Positions 63,045 through 64,000 of a stretch of DNA of 64,000 nt are shown here, one piece after another (within the stretch, counting starts at the first letter, position 1; the number at the start of each line of letters is the position of its first letter). This DNA comes from Oscillospiraceae bacterium (GTDB lineage: Bacteria > Bacillota > Clostridia > Oscillospirales > CAG-272): contig SVSL01000002.1 in NCBI GenBank assembly GCA_015064315.1, forward strand, positions 7,159 to 71,158, written 5' to 3'. Under the pieces are notes generated by a model, which made no database searches, was not told the DNA's origin, and worked only from the letters and a program-made list of their open reading frames with translations. The position numbers and the translations under genes are program-made.

Positions 63045-64000
63045 GAGGATTCTTTACGCGGCATCCACCGCGTCCCATTTACAACGCTTCCATATGCCGT
63101 ACATTGAAGCGTTAAGAGCGGAAAACGAGGTTCTTCTCATGGCAACGGGAGAAGGTGTGGATTTTCCCATCACCTTTGACAAGCACTATTTCAGTTTTGC
63201 CAATTTTCGCTCCTTGCTTGCGATCCGCAAGATCTTAAAGCGCGAGCAATTTGATCTTTTGATCCTGAATACCACGCTCACCGCTTTTTGGGTTCGTGCG
63301 GCTCTCTTTGGTATGAAAAAGCGCCCCTACGTTCTGAACGTGGTACACGGCTATCTGTTTCCCTTTGAGGGGGGCGGACTGCGCAAAAAGATCCTCTTGC
63401 TCTGCGAAAAGCTGATGCGCCGTAAGACCGATGCCATTGCCGTGATGAATGGCGAGGATCTGAAAACGGCTACGCAGAATCGGCTTTGCAAGGGAGAGGT
63501 GTATTTTACCTACGGCATGGGGTTGCCCAATGAATATGCCGGGAAGGCATCGCGGGATGCAGGTGAACGCTATGCGCCCGACGGGGGCTTTGTATGTACC
63601 TTTGTGGGCGAATTGAGCAAACGAAAAAATCAAAAGCTTTTGATACAGGCAACCGACGTGCTGAAGCGCCGTGGAATCCCCATGCGCTTGCTATTGGTTG
63701 GAGAGGGAAGTGAGCGAGAGGCGCTCCAAGAGGAGATCGCAAGACTTTCTCTGGAAAATGACGTGTTCCTGCTGGGACACAGTGACGAGGTTCCTTCCAT
63801 CCTTGCCGCCACAGACCTGTATCTTTCTGCCAGTGAAAGCGAGGGCTTGCCCTTCAATCTCATGGAAGCCATGTCGCTGGGACTGCCGATTCTGGCATCC
63901 GACGTCAGAGGACAACACGATCTCTTGCTCCAAAAGCCCGAAATGCTTTATCCCGCAGGAGATATAGACGCGCTTTGTGAAGCCGTGGCGTCGATTTACA
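63028..64000 (+). CDS. Glycosyltransferase family 4, 3'-truncated by the window edge
   Basis: My own translation from the ATG at 63028 gives MMKKNKRILYAASTASHLQRFHMPYIEAL...FVGELSKRKNQKLLI...LSASESEGLPFNLMEAMSLGLPILASDVRG, which contains the GT4 E-x7-E region. It overlaps the upstream stop by 17 nt. It is absent from the ORF track because the frame is open-ended. Confidence 0.8.
   Translation, partial: MMKKNKRILYAASTASHLQRFHMPYIEALRAENEVLLMATGEGVDFPITFDKHYFSFANFRSLLAIRKILKREQFDLLILNTTLTAFWVRAALFGMKKRPYVLNVVHGYLFPFEGGGLRKKILLLCEKLMRRKTDAIAVMNGEDLKTATQNRLCKGEVYFTYGMGLPNEYAGKASRDAGERYAPDGGFVCTFVGELSKRKNQKLLIQATDVLKRRGIPMRLLLVGEGSEREALQEEIARLSLENDVFLLGHSDEVPSILAATDLYLSASESEGLPFNLMEAMSLGLPILASDVRGQHDLLLQKPEMLYPAGDIDALCEAVASIY

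Overview
The window looks like chromosomal DNA from a spore-forming Firmicute of class Clostridia. Supporting signs are a spoIIAA-spoIIAB-sigF operon, a Prp/L27 pair, a T-box leader, sigma-A type TTGACA/TATAAT promoters and AGGAGG ribosome-binding sites. Lineage is a guess because no database search was possible. About 55 coding genes are supportable. Housekeeping genes are secA, htpG, ispE, thrS, ldh, ylxM-ffh-rpsP-khpA, an ABC-F ATPase, proBAC, rplU-prp-rpmA, prs, rhaB, a phosphohexomutase and one tRNA-Ser(CGA). Several accessory blocks are interleaved with these: (1) two unknown membrane proteins, a 52-codon ORF that is 87% Asn/Gln, and an ABC-DUF1854-ABC exporter set; (2) an AT-rich islet with two tandem HTH(XRE)-TPR-like regulators, one fused to a GNAT domain; (3) an orphan ACP-MBOAT-SGNH (Dlt/Alg-like) acylation set; (4) a 955-aa lipoprotein with a 24-triplet collagen-like stalk; (5) glycosyltransferase and polysaccharide genes at the right end. 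Four intergenic regions (about 25.97, 30.1, 52.0 and 52.7 kb) are built from strings of short GC-rich mini-hairpins separated by recurring AT-rich words. Two of them end in near-identical terminator hairpins, which suggests a REP/BIME-like repeat family. No CRISPR array, rRNA, transposase or prophage was seen. The best candidate for something undescribed is the Asn/Gln micro-ORF coupled to the zinc-ribbon-bearing ABC/DUF1854 exporter operon. All family calls rest on motif recognition by eye and need HMM or BLAST confirmation.
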